A stretch of DNA of 64,000 bases. It comes from Malacoraja senta (taxonomy: Eukaryota). The position numbers and the translations under genes were made by a program. The notes under the pieces were generated by a model. That model was given only the letters and a program-made list of their open reading frames with translations, searched no databases and was not told the origin of the DNA. Where the stretch lies: positions 22,384,001 to 22,448,000 of the forward strand of contig CM075988.1 of the NCBI GenBank assembly GCA_038087875.1, given 5' to 3'. Below are positions 25,509-39,444 of this stretch, one piece after another; positions within the stretch are counted from its first letter, which is position 1, and each line of letters starts with the position of its first letter.

Positions 25509-27559
25509 TGAGAGGTGTATAAAACCATGAGGAGAGGAGATACGAGGGAGTGACCGGGGCGAGACTGGTCCTTGATCATGCTGCTGGCCTTGCCAAGGCA
25601 GCATGAAGTGTAGATGGAGTCAATGGAAGAGAGGTTGGCTTACGTGATAGTCTGGGCCATGGCCACAATTCTCTGCAATTTCTTGCAATCTTGGTGATGT
25701 TTCAGGTCGGAGCCCTTCTAATGGTCTGAAGAAGGGTTCCGACCAGAAACGCCACACATCTTTTTCTCCAGAGATGCTGCCTGAGCCGTGAGTGACTCCA
25801 GCACTTTGTGCCTATCTTCGGCAGAACAGTTTAGTTCATTTTTGGCACAGTGAAAAGCCTATTTGTTGCGTGCTCTCCAGTCACTGAAAAGACTATACAT
25901 GATTCAAATCAAGCTGTCCACAGTGTACAGATACAGGATAAAGGATATAATGTTTAATGCAAGATAAAGTCTGATTATAAATAGTCCGAGGGTCTCCACT
26001 GAGGTAGATGAGAGGTCAGTTCTGCTCTTTAGTTGGAGAGAACTTTGGGAAGAGCCCCAGAAACAGTGAAGCCGCAGTGTCTGAAGAAACAAGAGAGGCG
26101 GCCAGCAGCCAAAACAAACCGCTGCAAAAGTGAAGGAAAACAAACTCCATCTAAGCTCATCCGCCATTTTACTACAGCTGTTCTTAGCCTTAGAGCAGCG
26201 TTTGTGGAGACGACAGCCCTAAGCTTCCTTCTGTAGCAGGCCGAACAATGAGTTTGGCAATCGGCTGTCGAGCATGTTGGAAATGACTCTGATCAAGCAA
26301 ACTCTGGGTGTTGTTTGACAGCCAGGCGGCCTCTGTCTACATTTTACTGCCACCGTTGTGTGGAGCAATAACATTGCCTTAAATGGTCAACAACCAGAGG
26401 GTAACCTGGCTATCGACCAGCTTCAACTTCAGCTTCAACACTGAAGCTGCCTCTCGTTGAAGCTTAAAGTTTGCATCACATTTCCTCTCAGATAAATTCT
26501 CAGTAGAAACATGACTCTTGGCTACGTTTATGCCAAAAATGATCAATAAATAAAAAAACTAGATGTTGAAACCAGTGGGCGGGCATGAGATCACTCCCTG
26601 GCTGACGGTAACCAGTTGAAGTTGGGATTAGTGTTCACTTCATCCCAGAGGAAGTCAGACAACAGCCTCCTCCCTCTGAGCACAAGTGCTCAACTTCTGC
26701 GATTGTTGTCTGGTGATTCGTATCAAGGGCACTTACAGAGTCATACAGGGTGGAAACAGGCCTTTCAGCCCAACTTGCCCACGCTGACCAACATGTCCCA
26801 TCCACACTAGTCTTGCCTGCCTCCATTTGGCCCATATCCAATGCCCTATCCTAATCCTATCCATGTACCTGTCCAAATATTTTTTTAAGAAGGAACTGCA
26901 GATGCTGGAAAATCGAAGGTCGACAAAAGTGCTGGAGAAACTCAGCGGGTGCAGCAGCATCTATGGAGCGAAGGAAATAGGCAACGTTTCGGCCCGAAAC
27001 GTTGCCTATTTCCTTCGCTCCATAGATGCTGCTGCACCCACTGCATAAAATGCTGCTGCACCCGCTGAGTTTCTCCAGCACTTTTGTCTTCCAAATATTT
27101 TTTTATTATTGTGATAGTACTTGCCACAATTACTTCCTTTGGCAGCTTGTTCTAAACACCCAGCAGCTTATGTGTGCAAAACGTTGCCCCTCAGGTTCCT
27201 CCTATGAAATCTTCCCCCCCTCAATTTAAACCTATGTCCTCTGGTTCTTGATTCCCCTACTCTGGGTAAAAGACTGTGCATTCACTCTATCTATTCTTCT
27301 CATGATCTTGTACACCTTTATAAGATCACCCCTCATCCTCCTGCGTGCCAAGGAATAAAGTCCTGGCCTGCTCAGCCTCTCCCTACAGCTCAGGTCCTCA
27401 AGTCCTGGCAACATCCTCACAAAACGTCTCTGCACCCCATCTAGCTTAACAACATCTTTGCTATAACAGGGAGACCAAAACTGAACGCAATGTGGCCTCA
27501 CCAATGTCTTGTACACTTTGTTATGACTGGGCTTGGTGGTGATGGCTTCCCCAGCTGAG

Positions 27560-28048
27560 AGCACAAGGTTAATTCCCGGGATGGCGGGACTGTCATATGC
27601 TGAGAGAATGGAGCAGCTGGGCTTGTACACACTGGAGTTTAGAAGGATGAGAGGATATCTCATTGAAACATATAAGATTGTTAAGGGCTTGGACACGCTA
27701 GAGGCAGGAAACATGTTCCCGATGTTGGGGGAGTCCAGAACCAGGGGCCACAGTTTAAGAATAAGGAGTAAGCCATTTAGAACGGAGACGAGGAAACACT
27801 TTTTCTCACAGAGAGTGGTGAGTCTGTGGAATTCTCTGCCTCAGAGGACGGTGGAGGCAGGTTCTCTGGATGCTTTCAAGAGAGAGCTAGATAGGGCTCT
27901 TAAAAATAGCGGAGTCAGGGGATATGGGGAGAAGGCAGGAACGGGGTACTGATTGGGGATGATCAGCCATGATCACATTGAATGGCGGTGCTGGCTCGAA
28001 GGGCCAAATGGCCTCCTCCTGCACCTATTGTCTATTGTCTATTGTCTA
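27560..28048 (+). mobile_element. CR1/HER1-type LINE 3' fragment
   Basis: ORF 27533-27952 and (ATTGTCT)3 tail. Confidence 0.92.
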
Positions 28049-28233
28049 CTCACAAGGTCACAATCCATCATGCTTGAGCCTGGGAGTTCCTGCACGACCT
28101 CTATTAGTTTAGTTTAGAATTACAGCATGAAAACAGGGCCTTGCGGTCCACGCCGACAACCGAACAGCCATTCACACAAGTTCAATGTTATCCCGCTTTA
28201 ATGCAACAACAAAAAACAATGTTCTGAAGTCTA

Positions 28234-28433
28234 GTTTAAGAAAGAACTGCAGATGCTGGAAAAATCGAAGGTCGACAAAAATGCTGGAGGAACTCAGCGG
28301 GTGAGGCAGCATCAATGGCGTGAAGAAATAGGCGACGTTTCAGTCTGAAGAAGGGTCTCGACCCGAAACGTCGCCTATTTCTTCTCTCCATAGATGCTGC
28401 CTCACCCGCTGAGTTCCTCCAGCATTTTTGCCT
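28234..28433. mobile_element. Fold-back Penelope pLTR insertion
   Basis: Inverted pLTR arms. 15-bp TSD atgttctgaagtcta (28219-28233 and 28434-28448). Confidence 0.88.
28345..28372 (+). ncRNA. Minimal type I hammerhead ribozyme motif in a Penelope pLTR (representative copy)
   Basis: CTGAAGA-A-GGGT(CTCG)ACCC-GAAA-CGTC: both conserved core boxes, stem II, a palindromic ACGT in place of stem III, and a GUC triplet. Identical cores at 46128, 63443 (+) and 15133, 46053, 46099 (-). Confidence 0.75.
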
Positions 28434-29567
28434 ATGTTCTGAAGTCTATATAGCTCAGAGCTTATTTGGAGGTTGTAGTGCCCCAAAACTGGGAAGCACA
28501 GTGAACCAAGAGGAGGATAGTTAGAGACTTCAAGGAGCAATAGAGAGGTTGGTAGATTGCTTGATGCAATTTAACACAGAAAATGCAAAGCATTGCATTT
28601 CTGTAGAATGAGCCCAGCTGGGACCAGAGGACGGTTTCCAAAATCTCAAGAAAGTCAAGAATGGTTTAATTGTCCTATGCAGCGACGCCAGGACAGTAAT
28701 ATTCTTACTTGCTGCAGCTTTACAGGCAGATTAAATGAAACAACACAAGAAGTAAATATACAACACATTATAGGGTAAAATAAGTTTGGTGTTAAATGTG
28801 CATCAATGGTTGAAATTGATCAGTCAGGACAGGTTGAGAAAGTGATTAGACAATAGATTAGACAGGTTGAGAAAGTGATTAGACAATGCAGGAGTAGGCC
28901 ATTTGGCCCTTCGAGCCAGCACCGCCATTCAATGTGATCATGGCTGATCATCCCCAATCGTTACCCCGTTCCTGCCTTCTCCCCATATCCCCTGACTCCG
29001 CTATCTTTAAGAGCCCTATCTAGCGCTCTCTTGAAAGCATCCAGAGAACCGACCTCCACTGCCCTCTGAGGCAGAGAATTCCACAGACTCACCACTCTCT
29101 GTTGAAAGAACATACAAGGGGGAAACTCGCTGAGTTTCTCCAGCATTTTTGTCTACCTTCGATTTTCCAGCATCTGCAGTTCCTTCTTGAACATATAAAT
29201 TATTATATTGGAATTGCTAATTGATCAGCACATACTGTGGCAATAGGGTTTGAAATTCCTTGTCTGTCAAAGCAAACCCATGCCCACCAACCAGCACCAG
29301 AAGACTTCACTTCTACCTCCACTGTTAGCAAGTGCTTCTGGCAGGCAGGTTCACAAGCCAGAACTAGGCACTTTGTTTTTGCTACAGAAACATCTGGCTG
29401 TGTTATGTGGGACCTTGTAAAGCCAATTACCAATCTGCTCATGGCAGCAACTCTCTCCTGTTGGGTTCAAACAAAAATTGGCAAGATTAAACTCAATTGT
29501 ATCGCAATCCAAATCCGATCGCTTTTGAACTTGGTTGTGAAACCAAGTCCTGGAGCAGTCAGCCTAA

Positions 29568-29897
29568 TAGCCCTGTCCCACGGTACGATTTCATTCCAAG
29601 AGCTCTCCCGAGTTTTAAAAAAATCAAACTCGTGGTAAACACAGAGAATGAACTTAGCTGGTACGTCGGAGCTCGGGGACGTCTCTTAGCGGCTCGTAAC
29701 GCTAACGGCAGGTACTCGGGAAGACTCGCTAACGGCAGGTAAGCACGGGAAGACTCGTGAAGATTTTTCAACATGATGAAAAATGTCCACGAGAGCCCCG
29801 AGTACTGACGAGTGGCCATTACCGTAAATCTCCGAGTTCGAATCAGGGCAAACTCAGGAGAACTCTTGGAATGAACTCATCCCGTGGGACAGGGCTT
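29568..29897. mobile_element. ~330-bp Harbinger-like MITE family copy
   Basis: Same TIRs, opposite orientation. Confidence 0.88.
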
Positions 29898-30927
29898 GAA
29901 CAGACTGAAACATTCAAAACAAATCAGAAATGTTAACAATTCAGTGAGAAGATCAGGGCCGAGAGTCGAGAGTCAAGACACATTGTCATATGTCCCAAAA
30001 CAGAAGAATGAAATTCTTACTTATAGCAGCACAACAAGTATGTACACCTAGTACTCCGTAAACACCACAATAAACAATAAACAGTTCAGTGTGTGTGTGT
30101 GTGTATGAACAGTAACAGTGCAAAGATGAAAACAATGCCCCCAAGTTTATGTGTAAGAAAGAACTGCAGATGCTGGTTAAAATCAAAGGTAGACACAAAA
30201 TGCTGGAGTAACTCTGCGGGACAGGTAGCATCTCTGGAGAGAAGGAATGGGTGACGTTTCGGGTCGAGACCTTTCGAAGAAGGAATGGGCGACGTTTCGG
30301 GTCGAGACCTTTCGAAGAAGGAATGGGCGACGTTTCTTCGAAGGGTCTCGACCCGAAACCTCGCCCATTCCTTCTCTCCAGAGATGCTGCCTGTCCCGCT
30401 GAGTTACACCAGCATTTTGTGTATACCCCCAAGTCTATGTTGTTCAGAACTGATTTGGAGGTTGTAGTGTTTAATAACCTGATGGTTATTAACCAGTTGT
30501 TTTGGTGAGATCAAAGATTCACCAAAGTGAATCAAACCACCATTGAACCATGAAGGTGCTATAGAGAAGTTCCAGCACGCTCTTCCATTGACTTCAATGG
30601 AATGACACTGGGAAGCAGAATATTGACATTGCAACCAGGGGTGAATTTCTTGGCCTGACTGTTGAGTAGTTATGTGTTAACCACACAGCTAGAGTCTACC
30701 AAGCCAAACTTGGTAAGGATAGCACATTTTGTTATTTAAAGAACATTGATGGATTTTGATGACGTTTCAACAATTCACGTTCACCATTACTGATAATTAA
30801 TTCCAAATTTATTTAATTAACCAAATGTAATTGCCAAACCATGGCAGCAATGGGATCTGTACTCACTTTGCTGAATCTTTAGATCAGGCTTTCAGATAAT
30901 CGACCAATAATAACCATGAAGCTCTCA

Positions 30928-31447
30928 TTTGGGCCACATATCTGAGGAAGGATGTGCTGGCGTTGGAGAGGGTCCAGAGGAAGTTTACGAGAATGATCCC
31001 AGCAATGATTGGGTTAACCTATGATGAGTGTTTGACGGCACTAGGCCTGTACTCGCTGGAGTTTAGAAGAATGAGAGGGGACTTCAATGAAACTTACCGA
31101 ATAGTGAAAGGCCTGAATGGAGTGGATGTGGAGAGGATGTTTCCACTAGTGGGAGAGTCTAGGACCGGAGGCCATTGCCCCAGAATAAAGGCACGTACCG
31201 TTAGAAAGCAGATGAGGAGGAATTTCTTTACTCAGAGGGTGGTGAATATGTGGAATCCATTGCCACAGAAGGCTGTGGAGGCTGTCTATGGATATTTTTA
31301 GGGCAGAGATTGATTAGTAAGGCTGTCAAGGGTTATGGGGAGAAGGCAGAAGAATGGGGTTGAGAGGGAAAGATAGATCAGCCATGGTTGAATGGCGGGG
31401 TAACACTCGATGGGCCGAATAGCCCAATTCTGCTCCTGTAACCTATG
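30928..31447 (+). mobile_element. CR1-type LINE 3' fragment (older subfamily)
   Basis: LERVQRKFTRMIP..LGLYSLEFRRMRGD. Confidence 0.88.
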
Positions 31448-34400
31448 AATGTCACTTCAATCTGAGGACGAACAGGTGACACCTGGTTTGCTGTTCAATA
31501 TCATGACGGCTAAATTATCCCACACCCTCCACATCAAATACCTAATAATTGTGAAAGGGATTTTCTTAACCCTATTGTATTATATATCAAAGGAATCTAT
31601 TCTATTATATGTCAAGAAAGACTGCTGTAACTTGAAGGGTTAATCACAAAGTTTGTCTGAATTTCTCCGAAGGAACAAACAGATGGAATGAGTCGAAGCT
31701 ACTTTGGATATTTTATACTCTTGCTGTCAAGCATTTTTCCAATGCGATGATATGACCCAAAGGTTGAACTGAAAGGAAGAGGGGGAGGGGAGAGGGAGAA
31801 TTTCTGCACAGTGTATTAACCACTCGGATACAGGAAAGACCTTGCAGGAGTTATGTCCAGATTATCGCAGTGACGAACTTAGCTGGAGTTTGACATGGAC
31901 CCAAGTCTTCTGAATTCAGCCTTCGCTCTGACTCCGTGTGTGAAAGGGTGGAAGTCTAAGCAGGACAAAAATCCCACCTTCCCTGAAACACCTCAATCCT
32001 GTAGCGCAGCTTCAGGCAGGAGCTAAACCAGCAAGAGTCCAAGGGTGACTTTACCACGTCAGAGCACCACCATGTTCCTGGTTTATTCTTCAGTTCACTG
32101 AGTCCGCGCCGACCAGCGATTACCCGGACACTAAACACTATCCTCGACATTAGGGACAATTCATAATTGTCCTGAACGGAGCTGTTCAGGAGATCTTTCC
32201 CCCGTGCAGCCATTTGATTTTATAATACTGACCGCTAGGCTGTATGGGGATGCTTTGCATTTTTAATAGTTAATTATTGGGTCTTTTTAAGTATTTATTG
32301 CTTTCAGGTATTGTCCATATTGTATTGTATGTGTTTTTTGTCTGCTTTCGTTCTGAATGTGTGGATTTGTTGGTTGTTGGCTCTTGGGCATCTGAATTTC
32401 CCTGAGGGGATCAATAAAGTATTTATTATTATTATTATTATTATTAATTTTGAGAGGGAAAGTTAGATCGGCCATGATTGAATGGAGGAGTAGACTTGAT
32501 GGGCAGAATGGCCTAATTCTGCTCCGAGAACTCTCGAAGCTATCCCTTCTCGTGCAGTGGTGAAATGACTACAGCCTGTGATCTCTTGCTGCTGCTCAGA
32601 GTGTGGACGAGTCAGGATCTTCAAAAGCGGTTTACCAGAGCCCTTGGCAGCAAGACCTGAGTCCTGACTTCAGCAGCAAGCAAGGAACAGATTAACTTCC
32701 TTGTGAAACTGCGCTAAAGCAGAGTTGTCTTGAAGGCCAAGAGCCTGCGGCAGGAAGGAAGATAGAAACTCACAGGCAATCAGAGCTCTGGCAAATACTC
32801 ACGTCCCGAGGCCACGCCTTCTCACGAGAGGTTAACGGCACCAGGCATAGCATGCGCTAAGTCTCCTCAGGTTCTGGGTCAGGATGGGGTCAGCAACACA
32901 TCTTTTCTGGGTGGTGCCACAGTGGAGCAGCTAGTAGGGCCACTGCCTCACAACGCCATAGACTCAGAATCGATCTTGACCTCGAGTGCTGTCTGTGCGG
33001 AGTTTGCACCCTCTCCCTGTGACTACGTGGGTTTCCTCCCGCATCCCAAAGACGTGCGGGTTTGTAGGTTAATTGGCCTCTGTAAATTGCCCCTAGTGTG
33101 TAGTGAGTGGATGGCAAAGTGGGATAACGTGGGCAAATGAGACTAACTTAGATGGGGCATCTTAGACGGCATAGATGAATTGGGTCGAAGGGCCTGTTTC
33201 TGCATTGTATCACTCTGTAACAGATACAGGGACGCACAGATATAGATCAAGTAGAAACGCCAGCAAGCAGGGTTCTGCTATTTATTAAACCTATTTTTTA
33301 AAAGACAATTACCAGACATACAGGTCTGCTTATTTTGAAAAATAATAAAAGATGCTCTCAGAGAGAATGTCAGAGATGCTAAATAGTCCCTGATGTTAAA
33401 CCAAAACCATGTGCTTACGTTACTAACAATCCTTACAAATTGTTACAAGAATGCTGCTGCTGTTCCCGCGATGACAGGTTGATGAACTAATGTCGATGAT
33501 TCATTCTCGCAAACTATCTTTCACCAACTCATTTGAGGGGATGAGACGCCACATATTCGATGACATGGGTGGGCAATGTACGAAGTTTAGATGGAAGCAA
33601 TTAATTGGAAGGAGCTGTGAGAGGATTAACCAACTGGATTTCCAAGTAGGGATGCATGAGATCATAGTTGGACTTAACAAGAGTAGAACAAAGCAATTGT
33701 AAATGGTGAAAAGCTCATGAGGTCCAAAACACCAGAGGTCCAAAAGAACAGAGTTTCATGCTCATGGATCAATAAAATGCCTTAGTTTGGTTTTGTTTGG
33801 AGATCAATCAATCAATCAGTTTTATTCGTCACTTGCACATAAAGTGCAAGTGAAATGAATTTGCCAGCAGCGGTACAATGATAAAGAACACACAAAAACA
33901 CAATAAAAATTGAACACAAACATCCACCACAGCATTCATGACTGTGGTGGAAGGCACAAAATTTGGCCAGTCCTCCTCCATTTCCCCCCCCTGGTCGGGA
34001 CCTCAACCCTCCGCAGCCGCCGCTGTGGGCGTCCAGATGAATAGACAGAGGGAACTCTCTACTCCTGATTAGTACAGGTGTCAGGGGAGAAGGCAGGAGA
34101 ATGGGGTTAGGAGGGAGAGATAGATCTTGCCGTGATTGAATGGCGGAGTAGACTTGATGGACCATGATTGAATGGGCCTGTTTCTATGCTGTACTGTTCT
34201 ATGTTCTACACAAAGGATAAACCATAGCTGGACCACATCATTAAAAGGATAAAACGGCCTTGAGAGGAGTGCAATATAAATGAGACGTCATTGAGCTGAA
34301 CCTTAACTTGCTTCCCCTCTCCACTTGTGAAAACTTCCAGCACCTCCCGTTTCAACAAGACAAACTACAGCTGCAGTCCCCAGAATGTAATCAAGTTTTT

Positions 34401-34924
34401 TAATTGTCATGGGTAAGCAGAGAGATCCGATCCCAGCACTTTGTGTCTTTTTTGTCGTAAACCAGCATCAGCAGTTCCTTGGATTTACAGTTTAAAAAAT
34501 TACAACCAGCATTTTTAGAAGTGCAGTTAAGAAACCCTTCTACATTGAGAAGGTGATAAAGACAAGGACCAGTCTCAGGCCGGTCACTCCCACTTCTCCC
34601 CTCTCCCTTCAGGCAAGAGATACAGAAGTGTGAAAACGCACACCTCCAGATTTGGGGACAGTTTCTTCCCAGCTGTTATCTGGTAACTGAACCATTCTAT
34701 CAACAACTGGAGAGCGATCCTGAGCTTTTATCTACCCCAATGGACACCTTCGGACTATCTTTAATCTGACTTTACTGGACTTTATTTTGCAATAAATGTC
34801 ATTCCGTTTATCATGTATCTGAACGTGGTGGACAGCTTAATTGTAATCATGTATAGTCTTTCCGCTTTTCACTGTATCTCATAAATGACAATAAATGACA
34901 ATAACATGACAATAAACTAAACTA

Positions 34925-35207
34925 AAAAAAAAATCAAACTCGTGGTAAGCACGGAGAATGAACGTAGCGGGAACGTCAGAGCTTGGGGACGTCTCTTAGC
35001 GGCTCGTAACGCTAATAGCAGGTACTCGGGAAGACTCGCTAACGGCAGGTAAGCACATGACGACTCGTGAAGATTTTTCAACATGATGAAAATTGTCCAC
35101 GAGAGCCCCGAGTACCGACGAGTGGCCATTACCGTAAATCTCCGAGTTCGAATCAGGGCAAACTCGGGAGAGCTCTTCGAATGAACTCGTACCGTGGGAC
35201 AGGGCTT
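34925..35207. mobile_element. ~330-bp MITE family copy lacking one TIR
   Basis: Internal sequence and the right TIR only. Confidence 0.85.
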
Positions 35208-35615
35208 TAAAGGTTTGAACTCTCTTCCACCCATATCTCATAGATATGTGTGTTTGTTGGTTAATTGGCCTCTATAAATTGCCCCTAATGTGTAGGAATG
35301 CATGACACAACATAAAACTAGTGTGAACAGGTGAGGGATGGTCAGTGTGGACTCGGTAGGCCGTGGGACATGTTTCTAAGCACTATCTTTAAAACTAACA
35401 AAAACGAAATGATGAATGAAAGTAGGTCAAATGTTAAGTTTAATTCTGAGATGAATGGCTTTCTATTAACTGAAGGTCTGAAGGGATTTGGGAGAAAGGT
35501 TCCACAAAGTAGTTAGGTCATAGGTTGGCCATGACTGGTGGAACAGGCTTGAGTGGCTAAAGGGTCTCATCCTTGTCATTTGTTCCAAGTCAGTTGCACA
35601 GCTGAAGTTAACTAA

Positions 35616-35945
35616 TAGCCCTGTCCCACGGTACGAGTTCATTCCAAGTGCTCTCCCGAGTTTAAAAAAAATCAAATTCGTGGTAAGCACGGAGAATGAA
35701 CGTAGCGGGTACGTCGGAGCTCGGGGACGTCCCTTAGCGGCTCGTAACGCTAACGGCAGGTACTCGGGAAGACTCACTAATGGCAGGTATGCACGGGAAG
35801 ACTCGTGAAGATTTTTCAACATGTTGAAAAATGTCCACGAGAGCCCAGAGTACCGACGAGTGGCCATTACCGTAAATCTCCGAGTTCGAATCAGGGCAAA
35901 CTCGGGAAAGCTCTTGGAATGAACTCGTACCGTGGGACAGGGGTT
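35616..35945. mobile_element. ~330-bp Harbinger-like MITE family copy
   Basis: TIRs and TAA TSD. Confidence 0.9.
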
Positions 35946-36799
35946 TAAAGTATGCAGACCTCAAGGACGCTTTATTTGAAGTGTTTCCAGACATCAGATG
36001 ATGTTGATTAAGGACGCTCTATTAAATGCACACTATTTAAAGCTTTGAATTTAAACTCACAGCCTGTGGTATTGGGGAGGGGGGGAGAATGCAGAAGGAC
36101 CGGCTTACAATTTATCCCCACCCAAAATATTAACCTCCCCACCACTCCCCCACCCAAAAAAAAAGAGCTGACTGTTGTGGTTGTGTGCAGGAATTTAACT
36201 TTGACTATTTTTTGGAAAGATATGTCAAATATAGTGGGTCAGAAGAGTGGTGCAGCGGTAGAGTTGCTGCCTTACAGCGCCAGAGACCCGGGTTCGATCC
36301 TGACTACGGGTGCTGTCTGTACGGAGTTTGTACGTTTTCTGCGGGTGCTCCGGTTTCCTCCCACAACCAAAAGACACACAGGTTTGTAGGTTAATTGGCT
36401 TTGGGAATTAGTTAATTGGCTTTGGTAAAATTGTAAATTGTCCCTTGTGTGTAGGATAGTGCCAGTGTGCGGGGTGATCGCTGGTCAGCGCGGACTCGGT
36501 GGGCAGAAGGGCCTGTATCTCTAAAGTCTAACGTTGAACAGCATTCAATGAAACCCGATTACACATTTCAAGGAAAGTAAGGATTACAGTAACACACATT
36601 AACATTATGTCTTTCAAGACCGTAACACACGCCCACACACAGTACGCTCAGTGATGTTGCTGCTGTAATTTAGCGTCTAACGTGAACCAGGCAAAGTCCC
36701 ATAAACAGCCAGGTGAAAATAAAGTGGTAATCTGCACTTGTTAAAGAATACCATGCCTGTCGATGAATAGGTAACAGGCTGGGTAGAGTGAGAACTTAA

Positions 36800-37103
36800 G
36801 GGCGGCATGATATCGCAGCGGTAGAGCTACTGCCTTATGGCGCCAGAGACCCGGTTCGATCCTGAACATGGGTGCTGTCTGTACGGAGTTTGCACGTTCT
36901 CCCAGTGACCTGCGTGGGTTTTCTTCAGTTTCCTCCCACACTCCAAAGACGTACAGGTTTGTAGGTTAATTGGCTTGGTATAAATGTAAAAGGTTGTTCC
37001 TAGTGTGTGTGTAGGACAGTGCTAGTGTGTGGGGTTCGCTGGTCGGCACGGACTCGGTGGGCCGAAGGGCCTGTTTCCGCGCTGTATCTCTAAACTAAAC
37101 TCA
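36800..37103 (+). mobile_element. HE1-type V-SINE (part of a cluster: ~36243, 36800, 37427, 37957)
   Basis: Full head, V-domain and tail. Confidence 0.88.
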
Positions 37104-37785
37104 ACTCCCAGAGATTATTGCAGCATGGAGGCAGGCCTTTTGGCCCATCATGTCTGTGCTGGCTATCAAGCACCCGTTTACGAGAAAACCCACACGGTCA
37201 CAGGGAGAATGTACAAACTCCCTACAGACAGTACCCGTAGTCAGGTGGTAAGGCAGCAACTCTACCGCTATGCCACTGTGCTGCCCTAAATGTTCAATGA
37301 TGGTTATTTCCTGAACGAGCTGGAGTTTATGGAATGAAGGAGGTTAGCAGGGAGAATGAAGGAAATCCAGACGGTGATGAGGGCAAGCTGTAAATGGACT
37401 TGATCATATTCAAGGTGGTAAATTTGGGGCGGCAAGGTGGCGCAACGGTAGAGTTGCTGCCTTACAACGCCAGAGACCCGGGTTCGATCCTGACTACGGG
37501 TGATATCTGTAGGGAGATTGTACGTTCTCCCTGTGACCGCGTGGGTTTTCTCCGGGTGCTCCCACACTCCAAATACGTACAGGTTTGTAGGTTCATCGGC
37601 TTCGGTTATTGGCAAATTGTTCCCTACCGTGTAGGATAGTGTTAGAGTACGGGGTGATCGCAGCTCGGCGCGGACCCGGTGGGCTGAAGGGCCTATTGCC
37701 GCACTGGATTTCTAAACTAAAGCTAAATGGAACAACATTTCTTACTTGCCCAACCACCCAACAAATGCAAAGATGCACTACGTAC

Positions 37786-37888
37786 CATTCCAGGTGATCT
37801 CCAGCTTGCCAGGGCTCAGGGGGATGAGCTGCTTCTCTTTCTCAACAGGGCTGGCGTAAGAGCTGAGGAACGGTACGGACTCCCAGAT
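37786..37888 (-). CDS. PCSK7: PCSK7 exon: IWESVPFLSSYASPVEKEKQLIPLSPGKLEITWN(V)
   Basis: 103 bp, tccag| and |gtacg, phase 0/1. Homologous to PC7 IWTSVPYLASY..LEVLWN. Not in the ORF track; translated by hand. Confidence 0.94.
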
Positions 37889-38922
37889 CTGGAGAGGAAC
37901 ATACATGGATGGTTAACTAACCAGCTCAGCGTCAAACACGGGCGTGAGGATGAATACACCAAAAACATACTGGTTTGTAGGCTAATTGGCTTTGGTAAAA
38001 TTGTAAATTGTCCCTACTGTGTGTAGGATAGTGTTAGTGTGCGGCGATCTCTGGCCGGCGCGGATTCAGCGGGCTGAAGGGCCCGTTTCCTCGCTGTATC
38101 TCAAAACTAAACCAAACTAAAATAATCCAGACTGAGTACTACAGCACATTTCTTTCCCTAAAGTGAACCATATGGGTTTAAACAACCATGCAACATTTTT
38201 ATGCTGACAGATTCTTTTGCAGTTAACTGAATTAATTTAATCCTGAAATTTTCCAGATGCCATGCTGGGATTTGAACTCATGACTCAAAGTCATATCCAG
38301 CCTCTAGATTATAAATCTGCCGGTATACTCAATGTGCACATGGGCATTGCAAAATTCATTGAATGATTCAAGGGATGAGGAGACTAAATGGTGAAGACAG
38401 GATACATAAAACATGAATTACATTGATTTTAGACGGTTGAAGAGTGATCTTTTATGGTTTTAGAATTATATTTGGATTTCATTAACTTCCTTTCTTCTGA
38501 GAGAATCCAGAATATGGGGAAAGCACTTCATTGTCAAGTCGAGTTTATTGTCATAGCAGCAAGTATGGTGAGGTGTAGGTAGTATGAAAAACTTGCCTGC
38601 AGCAGCATCGCGGACTTGTCTGCCACGGAGTGAGATAGTTGACCCGCCCGGAAGGCCCGGAAGGCCCAGCACTTTGCGAAAGATGGTCTGATCTCAGGCG
38701 CTGCGAGGCAGTAGCTTCGATGTTTGAGCAAAACATCTTTTAACAGTTTGTGACCATTGCATCATCAGGAAACTGGCTCACAGTAATTACCAGCAATAGG
38801 CCTGTTAAGTCCAGGATGTGGTGGTGTCAACCAAAAGTCATTAGGCGGTGATCAGAGAGAATATTATCGGAGCCAGAGTTGGGCAGTTGACGCTTGAATC
38901 CCTCCTTCTGGTCTAGTCTCTG

Positions 38923-39226
38923 TTTAGTTTAATTTAGTTTAGATATAGTGCGTAGAAACAATGAGGCCCTCTGAGTCTGGGCCAATCAGCAACCACCGGC
39001 ACTGTCCTTCACACCAGGGACATTTTACATTTTACCAAAGCTAATTAACGGACAAAACTGTACGTTTTTGGAGTGTGGGAGAAAACCGGAACACCCGGAG
39101 AAAACACACGCAGGTCACGGGGATAACGTACAAACTCCGTACAGACAGCACCCGTAGTCAGGATCGATCCTGGGTCTCTGGCGCTGTGAGGCAGCAACTC
39201 TATCGCTGCGCCACTGTGCCGCCCCC
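38923..39226 (-). mobile_element. HE1-type V-SINE
   Basis: Reverse-complement copy with head at the right end. Confidence 0.85.
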
Positions 39227-39287
39227 ACTTTCTCCTTGACCCTATTTGAGCCTCCATTAGGAATGACCATATCACCAGAACACCCAC

Positions 39288-39395
39288 CTTTGCAGCGTTC
39301 ACCATGCGCCAGGCATTAAGCAGGCCAAAACCATGCTGGTGACTGTGGCTGAATCCAGCTCCATTTACTTCCCAACCAGCGATGAGGTCATCAAA
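39288..39395 (-). CDS. PCSK7: PCSK7 exon: [36 protein letters not shown]
   Basis: 108 bp, tttag| and |gtggg, phase 0/0. PC7-specific [15 protein letters not shown]. Confidence 0.96.
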
Positions 39396-39444
39396 CTAAA
39401 GGCAAAGAGAAAAACCCAATCAAAGTAAGTGGAATTCAACATTA

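Noticed and set aside
36800..36870. tRNA-like sequences with A and B boxes
   Set aside because: They are SINE heads followed by the V-domain and LINE tail, not complete tRNA genes.
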